A DNA stretch of 61,101 bases, counting the filler, from Circinaria calcarea (taxonomy: Eukaryota): the NCBI GenBank assembly GCA_051942165.1. It is 9 parts of 9 records of this genome, joined end to end, with 100 filler letters (N's around TTAATTAATTAA, not from the genome) between each part and the next. Parts side by side here need not be neighbours in the genome. Positions count along the whole stretch, not along the records: positions 34,055 to 40,746 come from JAVECS010001515.1; positions 40,847 to 47,536 come from JAVECS010001516.1; positions 47,637 to 54,321 come from JAVECS010001517.1; 6 more parts are not named here. One strand, written 5' to 3'. A program made the translations under genes and the position numbers. This document shows, piece by piece, positions 38,595 through 48,629 of this stretch. Position 1 is the stretch's first letter. Each line of letters starts with the position of its first letter. Below the pieces are notes generated by a model. That model was not told the DNA's origin. It saw only the letters and a list, made by a program, of their open reading frames with translations, and did no database searches.

Positions 38595-39329
38595 TCAACG
38601 CCCGTTCACAAGGACATCCAAGCTATCGTCTGATTCGTAATTCGAGTAGTACCGGTGGCCGCCACGGAGATTATCATAATCACTAGCGTACACCGAGTCA
38701 CCTCGGATGAGCCTTCTGTTCCTGGACATTGATCTTTTCTCCTTGCTCGAAATTACCCGTGTCCGACCAGGGGATTTTGAGCGGGGTTTCGCTTCAACAT
38801 AACAAGGTCCTGAACGGCGATTGGCCATGACCGGCTCCGGGGCTGGTTTGGGGATCCGAATGATATCGGCTTGGCGGTCCGGGTATTCGATTCTGCGCTG
38901 GAAAGGGTCATGGTAAGCCATCTGCGGTTGGGGACGTATATCTGAGCGGGGAGGATGATGAGGCGGGGGAGGAGGCACATTGGGCTGTTGCTGGTAGTAG
39001 CACTGATGGTTTCCTTGAGGTTGGTAGTGCTGTTGAGGCTGGTACTGCTGATACTGATGCTGATACAGATGGTAATAGGGGTCATAGTATTCCGGTTGCT
39101 GTATATACAATGGCGGCGCCGGTGGTAGTTCCTCTGATGGAGGAGGTCCGTTGGTTTCTTGGACGATGACCACTTGCCGGGCCTTTGAGAGGGACACCAA
39201 GTCCCATTCATCAAGGTCCGGCCGCTTCTTTTCCCTAATGAAATCCAGTCTCTTGTATCTAGGCTCATTTGGATATCTTGGAGCGCGCTCTCTTATTACG
39301 ACGCTGCCTACGAGTTTAGGCCACACCAT
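38595..39329 (-). CDS. Hypothetical Gln/Pro/Tyr-rich protein (244 aa)
   Basis: ATG-initiated ORF with a low-complexity Q/P/Y middle; no family recognised. Confidence 0.6.
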   Translation of the reverse strand: MVWPKLVGSVVIRERAPRYPNEPRYKRLDFIREKKRPDLDEWDLVSLSKARQVVIVQETNGPPPSEELPPAPPLYIQQPEYYDPYYHLYQHQYQQYQPQQHYQPQGNHQCYYQQQPNVPPPPPHHPPRSDIRPQPQMAYHDPFQRRIEYPDRQADIIRIPKPAPEPVMANRRSGPCYVEAKPRSKSPGRTRVISSKEKRSMSRNRRLIRGDSVYASDYDNLRGGHRYYSNYESDDSLDVLVNGR

Positions 39330-40610
39330 TGTGATTGTGATCTGAAAGGTTCGTTGGATTGAAACTCTGATGGTGATTTGCTGGAGGCAAGCAGCTTGAT
39401 TTTCGGGAGCCTTTGGCGCTTTAGGGCTTTGACCGACGAGGATCCGATATGAGAGGAGGATGTTCCGCTAGTACGCCGATTCAAGTGAACGATGTCAAAA
39501 ACATGCTAGGATGACTTTTGGATTTGCAGGTCTGTATGAGCTGCTGTTGGATGGAGATGTGCCGCTAAGAACCTGGACAGAAGGGGCCTAATAACTGAAA
39601 TGAAGCTCTCGACGGAATATCACAATAGTGGATTGCCACCTGAAAGCCTAGCATGGACATCTTGTCGAGTGCTCAGCTTCGATGGTCCACACCATCATGG
39701 CTTTGGCCCCAAGGCAACCAGGCAACAGAGCCCCCATCAAAGTTCTACATGTAATCACTCGCAGCGGCCTCTTTTCTAAGCTCGAGGCCACTGTTTCGTG
39801 TCCAGCTGTCATCTTCCACCGTCGCAGTCATCCACACTTTCTTCTTCAAACAATTAACCATTGGCGCGTCGGAAAGTTGACGATTCGTGAAGTTGAATGG
39901 GTGGCGCAGCTCGGTTCGCCGTGCCGCAACCAAAACCACGGACAAGGCTGCAAGGCAGACTGCGATTAAATTATCCATTGAGTTCCGACATTCTCCGCTG
40001 AGATGTCATCTTTGGGGGAGTAATGAGAGGTTCCAATCCGGTCGAGGACCTTCTCCTGTGCCACATGCCAACGGCCCCCAACGTCGACCGGCGCCACTTG
40101 CAGGAGGCTACAGAAGGCGTACAGCAAACGACGGGCTTGTCGGGAGGGGCTTTTGGGCCTCGTCATACTGCCATAATGCTTCGAGTGGTATCACAACGGG
40201 CAGTGCCATTTTGCAGAATGCTGAAAATATCCATTCGCAATCCAGCGTTGCGAAAGTGCTCAGCTCAGCTTACAATATACTTGCAGCACACCATCGACGA
40301 TTATACCCTTTTGAATGATCACTAATCGTCACCTCTCCGGACGTAAGGCGAAGAACGCACCAGTACTATCGCTTCCCAAAACGACACACTGGCAGGCTAT
40401 GGTAAAGGTCGAAACGATCAGCTTTGAAAAAACGTTGCATTGGAGCTGAGTAGTAGATACTACGGATGAATACGAAACAAGCGAATTCCTGGAGAAAATA
40501 CAACGTCTTGCATTTGCGTTGTTAGCCATATCGCCGATAACTTCCACGACTTATGAGGCAATTCCGACCATGACGTTGGGGCGTGTTACGGAAAAAATGG
40601 TTTGAAGAAC

Positions 40611-40746
40611 GGTCTTGAAGGAAGGTCTTGAAGGAAGGTCTTGAAGGAAGGTCTTGAAGGAAGGTCTTGAAGGAAGGTCTTGAAGGAAGGTCTTGAAGGA
40701 AGGTCTTGAAGGAAGGTCTTGAAGGAAGGTCTTGAAGGAAGGTCTT
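40611..40746. repeat. Perfect 13-bp tandem repeat (GGTCTTGAAGGAA), about 10.5 copies, running off the contig end
   Basis: Directly visible; a degenerate unit precedes it. Confidence 0.95.
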
Positions 40747-40846
40747 NNNNNNNNNNNNNNNNNNNNNNNNNNNNNNNNNNNNNNNNNNNNTTAATTAATT
40801 AANNNNNNNNNNNNNNNNNNNNNNNNNNNNNNNNNNNNNNNNNNNN
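40747..40846. other. Artificial contig linker
   Basis: N-run with central TTAATTAATTAA. Confidence 0.98.
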
Positions 40847-41330
40847 AAAATCGGTTATATAAATTTTTAATTAAATAAATTTTTAATTTTCGAATAAATT
40901 ATCGTCGAATAAGTTTTTTATTATTAAATAAATTAATTTTTATAATTAAATAAGTTTTTTATTCTCGGATAAATTATCGCCGGATAAATTTTTTATCGCC
41001 GGGTAAGTTTTTTATAATTAAATAAATCTTTTATTTTCGAATAAATTATCGCCGAATAAGTTTTTTATTAATAAATAAATTAATTTATAAATTATATAAT
41101 TATAAGCTGAACTGGTAAGCTACAGCCTCAAAGGCATTTTTATAATATATTATGTCGCTCGGAATAGCAGGGATATATAATTATTACTCCTTTAACTGTT
41201 TCACTCCGGGCCTATATATTCTTATGGCCCAGTCGAGCTTATAAGTTTTCTATATAAGCGTTCTAAAACTCAAGTTAATAGCCTCTCCCCAGAAATCTAT
41301 AGCTGCCTAATCTACGTCACGCACGACCAG
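40847..41330. repeat. Very AT-rich, probably RIP-mutated repeat/transposon remnant
   Basis: Degenerate tandem units like ataaattatcgccgaataagtttttt; TpA excess and CpA/TpG scarcity by eye. Confidence 0.7.
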
Positions 41331-43212
41331 ATCTATAAAATGCGTTGAACAAGGTCCCCCGTGCAGCTCAGTTGACCGAGGGTTTCTAGCTCGAGAGGGT
41401 GCCCAGATGCGACACTGAGGTCGGTCTCAGCCGTGTTCCTAACGATCGCAGGGTTTCTCGATTGCTGTGTAAGTTTGCGATGCAAGGTGAGACGGTAAAG
41501 GTCCAGGCCGGGCTTGTTGTAGATCGTAATGGTTGCCACGCGGGATTTCTTGATGGGAGGCTCGAAGAGCTAAAATCCCTTGTGAGATTCTTTTTGACCA
41601 AGATCCTAGTAACGCTCAAATTATACTTCGCGGAAGAAAATTGAAATTTCCGGGTAGAGAGCATATAGGGATGATCTAAGTGGACTTTTCTGCGTTAGGA
41701 AACACTCTTTTATATCGTCGCAATCTGTCACTCCCTACGCAGAGTTCAGTGGATAGATCGATTGTAAATAACTGATATCAATTAACCCTAGGCCTCACGA
41801 CTTCTATCACGTGACACTCCTATTCCTCCTAGAGCATGTGATTTATAACAATTTTATGAATGTTTATGAACTGTCAACACTGCACTTACTAAGCGAGAGC
41901 CGGCGCCATCAAATCATTTTCTGTGCATGGAAATATTCGAGAGAGTTTTATCGTCGAGCTGACCTTAGATAGAGGTCCGGTTGCCGAAAGCTTACCGATA
42001 ACGCTAGCATTTGTAAATCTGTACATGTGGAACATGACTGCGATCCCACAGAAAAACAAGAGGACCAGTGATGCTGAGAGGATCGGTATCAGTAACACCG
42101 AATCACCCAACGCGTGATATGTGGAGGACTGAAAGCATTCTCACATCTCATTGTGACTGACAAGTACTACTTGAAATGTGAAAGTGCCTCTAAGCTGATA
42201 TTTGAAATTGAAGGCGCTCCAAGACAACCTGCAGATATGGGGAGGGTACACACTAGCAAACATAAAGTAGTCTTCAACAAATCTTCAAGACATCGAAGCT
42301 ACACATATGAGCGCTTATTCCGAACTGCAGCAAGATATTGCGCTAGTCGTCTTCTTCGCTCGAAACAATTTTGAAAACTTATAAGACAGAATCAATGGGA
42401 TATGTTTCGCGCAAGCGGTGTTTCAAAACGAAAAGGTATTCAACCAGAAGGGTAAGTGAAATTCCCTTGGCACGCCTTTACTTCACTCGAGACTTAACAG
42501 AACGACTTGAAAACCTCAGCTGTGGCGCCTCGGCGTCAACCATACAGACCATGAGGTTTGCTCTGCACGGAAATCTGTCCAGAATATTCTTCTCCTCCTG
42601 AACGCCAGAACATGCGACAGCCTAGGAGAGCTTCCTCGCCTCTCACTAGCAGAGTCAAAGATGGAGATACGTCGCTAGCCAACCCTCTACGATGCCCTCT
42701 CGAGGCGCAGGGAGAATCGAGGTAATCGAGGGAATAATGCGAATTGCAAGAGAGACGGCTGAGAGGCTCTGGAGGTTATATGAATCCGGACGCTAAACTA
42801 GCTGCGGAGATTTCCCGTCCGCTTAACCCGATTGGGGAAGGTTCTCCCGTGAGTTTCAATGCTCTGTTGTGTAAACGCTCTGGATTCGCTGAGCTGATAT
42901 CTGAAAGCGTTTGACCAGAAAATGCCTTGTCTACGTGCAGGTGTCTGATTTGGCTGTTCTACTCTGAGCTGAGCAGCAGTGGTGAGTTGTGGTAAGATAC
43001 TTGGCTGCTGAAGGGACCACTAATGCGCCTTAGAGATACGGCTCAAGAGTTGCACTGCCGCCTGATTGCTTTGTCCGAGAGACAGCCAGGCAGCAGTACG
43101 GGTCCGTGTAGAATCATCCTCTTCCTCCTGGTCCATCACCTTAATATCGTACCATTACTCTACTTTACCATCAAATCACTTTATCGAAGCAGGTAAAGTC
43201 TGTCCAACAATC

Positions 43213-44022
43213 ATGAGCTCCTCTACCCCTTCTGGCACTGATCCGATACAATCCCTCGTTCGCAACCTAGCCGGTCTTTCATTGACCCTTATCGACGACT
43301 CTTCTCTGCCGCAGTTCAACTCTCTCTTCAAGAACCACCTGGAAACCCGCTTTAGCGGATACCGAGGCGGCGCGGTCTACGAACCTTCCCATCATCCTTC
43401 GGGAGGTTTCATCAGCTCTGTGGCTTTTGAGGATTACAATAAAAACCACTACCTCGTCAAAACACCCCATGGAACGAAGTATCAGAACATGAAACAGGCG
43501 AACGGTGCGGCTTCTAAAGTGGCTTATGAGATGCTCAAGGCTGGGCAGAAACCTCCGCTCGCCAGCTCGGTAGTGCAGACTGGGGAGATTATCTCTACCA
43601 CTACGGGGGATGACTATCGTATCCAGAAACTGGAAATCATCATCAAGCACGTCATTCAGGACCGCGAGCTCGCCCTCCGCGCGCTGAGGCACTCATCCGT
43701 CGGGCTCAACAACCATGACGCCTTAGCTTTCCTCGGCGACGCCATCATTGGCTATTTGATGGCCCTGGAAGCCTTCACCACCGCCCCGAATGCGACCGTG
43801 CAAGACCTACACTACACTCGGAGTCGACTGGTTGAAAACGACGAGTTTCAGCGTATTGCACAAGAGATCGGGTTGGCAGAATTGCTCGAGGTTGGCGGTG
43901 GGACCAACGGGCCGATGACGGGTAAGAAGATGGTCGCGGACATGTTTGAAGCCGTCATTGCAGTGCTCTGGTTGGAAGGCGGCGAGGAAGCCGTGCTCAG
44001 GTTCTGGCGCAGCTGCCACTGA
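43213..44022 (+). CDS. Intronless RNase III-domain protein (269 aa) with N-terminal dsRBD-like domain
   Basis: ALRHSS, HDALAFLGDAII (RNase III signature), RSRLVEN and KMVADMFEAVIAVLWLEGG; the N-terminal half fits a dsRBD pattern (FNSLF..VYE..GFISSV..NMKQANGAASKVAYEML). Confidence 0.88.
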   Translation: MSSSTPSGTDPIQSLVRNLAGLSLTLIDDSSLPQFNSLFKNHLETRFSGYRGGAVYEPSHHPSGGFISSVAFEDYNKNHYLVKTPHGTKYQNMKQANGAASKVAYEMLKAGQKPPLASSVVQTGEIISTTTGDDYRIQKLEIIIKHVIQDRELALRALRHSSVGLNNHDALAFLGDAIIGYLMALEAFTTAPNATVQDLHYTRSRLVENDEFQRIAQEIGLAELLEVGGGTNGPMTGKKMVADMFEAVIAVLWLEGGEEAVLRFWRSCH

Positions 44023-44046
44023 TGGATGATTGAAACTTAGTAATTG

Positions 44047-44173
44047 AGCATGGGGACCGCGCAGGAACAGCGACCGGGGAGTAGGGCTGTGCCATGTGGT
44101 GAAGGTATTCTGACCTTCACCGCATGGCACAGCCCTGCTAAACCGGACGTAGCTCCTGCGCGGTCCCCATGCT
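44047..44173 (+). other. Long inverted repeat / RNA hairpin (~60 bp stem, 6-nt loop) just 3' of the RNase III gene
   Basis: 44047-44066 is the perfect reverse complement of 44154-44173; 44080-44106 pairs with 44113-44139 (two G-U); loop ATTCTG. Confidence 0.93.
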
Positions 44174-44699
44174 TTGTTACGAAGCCTCAGGCTTCCATTC
44201 AAACGGAAAGGTGGAATCTACGGTTCGGAAGACTGCGGTTTGTTGAGACGGTTTTTATGAGAACAGCAATGGCAAACTCAATACGCTCATTATTTAGTTA
44301 CTAGTAGATCAGAGTACTAGAGAATTTTAGTTTTGCTGTCCTGCGAACATTATCGATTTCTGGATAGAATAAGATACACTCACTAACTTCACGATCCAGT
44401 GTCAGCTTTTCTCTGATATCCCACTGTGCTGTCATTGCATACATACTATTGCCGGCCAACTCTCTTCCTGTGATCGGTATGCATGACGGTATCTCAACTC
44501 AGTCCCGTAGTTACCCGCCGAGCGGGTGGAATCCTCCTTTTAGTCCACCCTAAACTTCTAGTATAGATATCGGACCTCCACAGTCGTAAACTTATAAGAC
44601 ACCACAAATCAAAACCTATACTCCGATATTGTTGCTTACTCCGTAAAGCATCTTTAGCTTTACTAGTACCTCGCATTACTTCTTTATCCATGAAAGGTG

Positions 44700-45296
44700 A
44701 TGAATGCGAAGCATTATCCAATTGACGTTGTCCCAGAGGGCGTGTCCCTGTATGTCATCAACCACTTCAGCTCATGGCCATGGTGTACCCAACTTCTCAA
44801 CAATCCCGCCTTGATTCCTATACAAACAACTTCGCGAACAATTCAGCCAGGCGACGAAAATTCTTTCCTGGGACGAACCCTACTCACCGAGGATACCATT
44901 CCAGCATGCCAGTCTTTCTACATGCCACCATCATCGCAGCAAAATCCTACGCTCACTGGCGCACCCAATCTTGGACAACTGCAGACTTTATACTCGATTG
45001 GTTCAGGGCTCAACGGTCATGAGCACACCGGTCATGGTGGTCTCGTGGCCTTATTGTTAGATGAGATCATGGGGATGATGGTGAGGCTACATCCCGCATT
45101 CAAGAATCCTTACACCGTGACACTCCGGGTGGTCTATAAGAAAGCATTCCCTACTCCTGGTGTGGTTCTTTGCAGAGGCTGGTGTACGAGGCTGCAAGGT
45201 CGGAAAATAGAGATGTCCAGCGCTGCTGAGGACGGCACAGGAGTCCCAATTGCGACAGGAGAGTGTTTGTTTGTGGAGGCTAAGGGAAAGCTCTGA
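44700..45296 (+). CDS. Hotdog-fold thioesterase (PaaI/THEM4-like)
   Basis: GLNGHEHTGHGGLVALLLDE motif; YTVTLRVVYKKAFPTPGVV; GRK; GECLFV. Confidence 0.9.
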   Translation: MNAKHYPIDVVPEGVSLYVINHFSSWPWCTQLLNNPALIPIQTTSRTIQPGDENSFLGRTLLTEDTIPACQSFYMPPSSQQNPTLTGAPNLGQLQTLYSIGSGLNGHEHTGHGGLVALLLDEIMGMMVRLHPAFKNPYTVTLRVVYKKAFPTPGVVLCRGWCTRLQGRKIEMSSAAEDGTGVPIATGECLFVEAKGKL

Positions 45297-45590
45297 TGAG
45301 ACCTTCTGGCCTGGTGATGCTATCATAAGGCATTTACAGCCAAGTGTCGCGAGGTCTCTGGTCCTGGTAAAGCTTGGCACCTTTTTTTCATCAATCATAA
45401 GGATTAAAAAAAATGTGCATCAGAATTGCTGCGATGCTCGCAATGCAATCTTGATTCAAAGCGAATGGTATATCCCTAGTATACCCCTCTATCACAATCA
45501 AGTTACTATAACAAAACCCTTACGCCTATATTCGTGCTTCATTTGCATCCCCTTCCCCTTAAGCTGCCCTTAGTACTTGATCCCTTTCGG

Positions 45591-46535
45591 CTAATAAACC
45601 GATAAAACATCAGAACTTCTGCAGAGGGGCAAGAGGAAGATAATGGTAATCCATAGACTCCATAACTTCCAGGTCAGCTCATCCGATCCTACATTCCTCA
45701 AGAGCAATACTCTGAAGACGACAATTCCTCCAAAAATGACGGGTGCTAAGAATCCATAAACATTCAAGGCCCAAACAGCTGGGCATAATAACGACCAAAT
45801 CGTGATCGAAAAAGCAATGGTCCATCTGGCGATGCCATCCCCCCAAATAATTGGTGCTGTTTCCCTACCACGAGCCCGGTCTCCGGCTTGATCTCTCAGG
45901 TCTTGTACGTGGAGGGTTGTAAAGATTAATACAGATTTTAAAGCAAGCCAACGGTAGCCTACCCTATTAAGGGTAACACCTTCGCCACTTGCCACAAGCG
46001 TCGATCCAGCACTCCAACAGACGAGTCCGAGAGCATTCAGAAGATTTCGAACGATGTAATTCTCAGAGCCACCGAGTTCGTTATACATCCAGCTTAAGAC
46101 CATTGAAATCGACGTCTCTTTGCTTCCTCCAAGGTAGAGGGTGGAGATAAATACGGACGGAACAACTGCGAGGAGTAACCAGCGGGCTTGAGTTATCGTG
46201 AGTCTTCCTGATGGCAGAGGACGCCAAGCTTTGTTCACAGAATCTTCGATAACAGAGCTTGGCAAACGCTGATTCGCTATTGTAAAGGCCAAAATATTCA
46301 ACCATACCCATAACAGAACTTGAGGTAAACGACCAATGATATCTTTACCATTTGGATTTTCGTTTGTGGTTAAGGCCGGTCCAGAGAGAGCGCTGAATAT
46401 GCCGAAGGCTACCCAAGGGTAAACTATTGTTGTATGCTCACTACACGTAAAAAGCCAAAGAGTCTGAAGATGAAAAATCGCCTCTGTAACCGGGAAGAAT
46501 AAATATTTATTAAAATATCTGGTGGTATTCTGCAT
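45591..46535 (-). CDS. UbiA-family membrane terpene cyclase / prenyltransferase (Fma-TC-like)
   Basis: HLQTLWLFT, NQRLPSSVIEDSVNKAWRPLPSGR, WMYNELGG and QDLRDQAGDRARGRETAP motifs; multiple TM helices. Confidence 0.88.
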   Translation of the reverse strand: MQNTTRYFNKYLFFPVTEAIFHLQTLWLFTCSEHTTIVYPWVAFGIFSALSGPALTTNENPNGKDIIGRLPQVLLWVWLNILAFTIANQRLPSSVIEDSVNKAWRPLPSGRLTITQARWLLLAVVPSVFISTLYLGGSKETSISMVLSWMYNELGGSENYIVRNLLNALGLVCWSAGSTLVASGEGVTLNRVGYRWLALKSVLIFTTLHVQDLRDQAGDRARGRETAPIIWGDGIARWTIAFSITIWSLLCPAVWALNVYGFLAPVIFGGIVVFRVLLLRNVGSDELTWKLWSLWITIIFLLPLCRSSDVLSVY

Positions 46536-47321
46536 TTGTTCAGCAAATCTATCATCATTCGCGATACTTTCAACTTACATTTCCGCATATATTGTAGCCT
46601 ACAACAACAGGCATGCTGGATCTGTGGCTGTGTATTTGAGGGTCGTTATTCTCTGTGATGGGCATTCTGGTCACATTAAGGCTTCGCAACATTCCGTCTT
46701 AATAGTTAATATGCTCGAGGTTCAGCTCTGGAATTTTCTATTGCCTATTGCTCAGCTTGTGATTCGACCGCATTCTACATTTCAGTATTACTTAAGTTAA
46801 GCTGCTTCTAGGCATCATCGGCCTTGTACAAAACATGAAAGACAGAGAGACGCCCCTCTTCTGCATTACTGTCTGCAAGGATGTCGATAAATGCATTGGC
46901 TGATAAGATCTGCATGCCGTAAAGCCAAATCAGTCAAGGATACATCAGCTACGGATTAGACAGGTTCGAATCCGATTGGATGTTCTTAGTCACCTGTTGT
47001 ATGCTTACCCCCTCTGCAAACTACAGGATTATTGCGCTAGTATAATAAGTGCTTTGCTTGCGGCGTAAACCGAGCCGTACTCAGCATGCTATGTATGTGT
47101 TACCCGAAAAAATTATTGACTTAAGAAATGCGGGGTATTCTCGGACAGGTGTGTGGTACTAATAGTAATACGTTGGTTGTAACAGGAATAATTATCACAT
47201 GTAAAGAAAAATTATGATATCATTAGATATCCTAGTAAATCTTACATTAACTATCGATCTGATTTCTTCGACTTCTACATACTTTGATTCCTTCGTGTAT
47301 GTGCGTGTAACGACTTGGAAA

Positions 47322-47536
47322 ATGCTGATTCTATATTCTTTTTCCGATGTTTACAGCTTGTTATACAAACTTCTGCTGCTAAGTATAGTATTCGCCACTA
47401 CATGCGTAAGAAAATGTGTGGTGATGCATAACGTTATAGCTGATCAGTGCTCAAGATACTTATTGTCGTGGCCTACAGGTTGACGATTCATCCATTAGCA
47501 GATTATCCCGGCCCAATTCTTGGCAGTGTTCTCAAT
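47322..47536 (+). CDS. Cytochrome P450, N-terminus only (cut by contig end); exons 47322-47405, 47456-47536
   Basis: Hydrophobic anchor, GTAAGA..GCTGAT..AAG intron, then YRLTIHPLADYPGP, the classic fungal P450 proline hinge. Confidence 0.85.
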
Positions 47537-47636
47537 NNNNNNNNNNNNNNNNNNNNNNNNNNNNNNNNNNNNNNNNNNNNTTAATTAATTAANNNNNNNN
47601 NNNNNNNNNNNNNNNNNNNNNNNNNNNNNNNNNNNN
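47537..47636. other. Artificial contig linker
   Basis: N-run with central TTAATTAATTAA. Confidence 0.98.
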
Positions 47637-47704
47637 GTCCTTTCATCGTCTGTACGTACTTGGCCGGGGGATCCCGGCCAAGTACGTACAGACGATGAAA
47701 GGAC
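47637..47704. repeat. Perfect 32-bp inverted repeat with 4-nt loop at the contig start
   Basis: gtcctttcatcgtctgtacgtacttggccggg-ggat-cccggccaagtacgtacagacgatgaaaggac. Confidence 0.9.
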
Positions 47705-48629
47705 GGGGCGACGCAAAGGAACGATGATTTGGCTTTTTTTTTGGGCTTTTGGGTTTTTTTGGGACTGGGGATAAGGAGTGGAGCGGACGGCGGTTTGGAG
47801 TGATGATGGTGGTAAAACCCGGGTAAATAGAGGGGAATAAAGGGAGAAAAGGGAGGGTGGAGGGTTTTCTGGTTTCTATCTAAATATTACACCCCATCCT
47901 CCCCTCTCCTCCACTCTTCCCCTTCCCCTTCACCCTTCCCCTTCATCCTCCCGCCAATCCTTCCAAATCCACAAGATTTCCATTCAGAAGCCGCGAAGCC
48001 GCGACGCGATCATCCACCCACCCATAGTTGAAATTTTTTTAATTTTTAATCTTTCTGGTTTCCCCCCGCCCGGCCGCCCACCGCTGGGATGTTGTGGCGT
48101 GAGGGAAGGTTGGGGCATGGATATGGAGGAAAAGGAATTTTGTGGAGACTTTGGGTTGGGTATACAGGTTTAAATCAAAGAGGATCATTGGGAAATCCCG
48201 GGGGGGGGGAACCAAGGAAGGAAAGGAAGGGGCGGGGAACTGGGGGACTTGATAAAGGAGAACGAACCATCCTGCTTTGGGTTTTGGGATTCTAGGGAAG
48301 GAGGAGGAGGAGGAGGGGGTTCTTGGTGAATGGATTCTAGTTTGGAACTTTTGGTTAAACACTTAGGAACAGAATATAATCCCACATCATAACCCGAGAG
48401 TCTGTAGGATTAAGGTCCAATCCGTAAATAACACCTACAGACAGGGGTTTTCTCTTTTTTGAATAACACAAGTCATCACTGACGACCGGGACAGTAAAAA
48501 CCACAGTACAGCCATGTAATGCTTCTCCCACCATAGAACCCCTGAACCAACTCCATAAAAACCAATCCCAGCCGTCGCTATGCAAGTAAAGCAACCACTC
48601 TCCCTCTCCATCTTCCCCAGAATAATTCA

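Noticed and set aside
46963..46973. GGTTCGAATCC (tRNA T-loop/B-box)
   Set aside because: No 5-bp T-stem, acceptor stem or D-arm can be formed; not a tRNA.
47637..47704. Perfect terminal hairpin as a ribozyme or hairpin telomere
   Set aside because: Starts exactly at the contig edge, is followed by low-complexity sequence and lacks a hammerhead CUGAUGA core; probably a fold-back artefact.
47705..48400. ORFs in homopolymer-rich sequence
   Set aside because: Low-complexity, probably poor-quality contig end.
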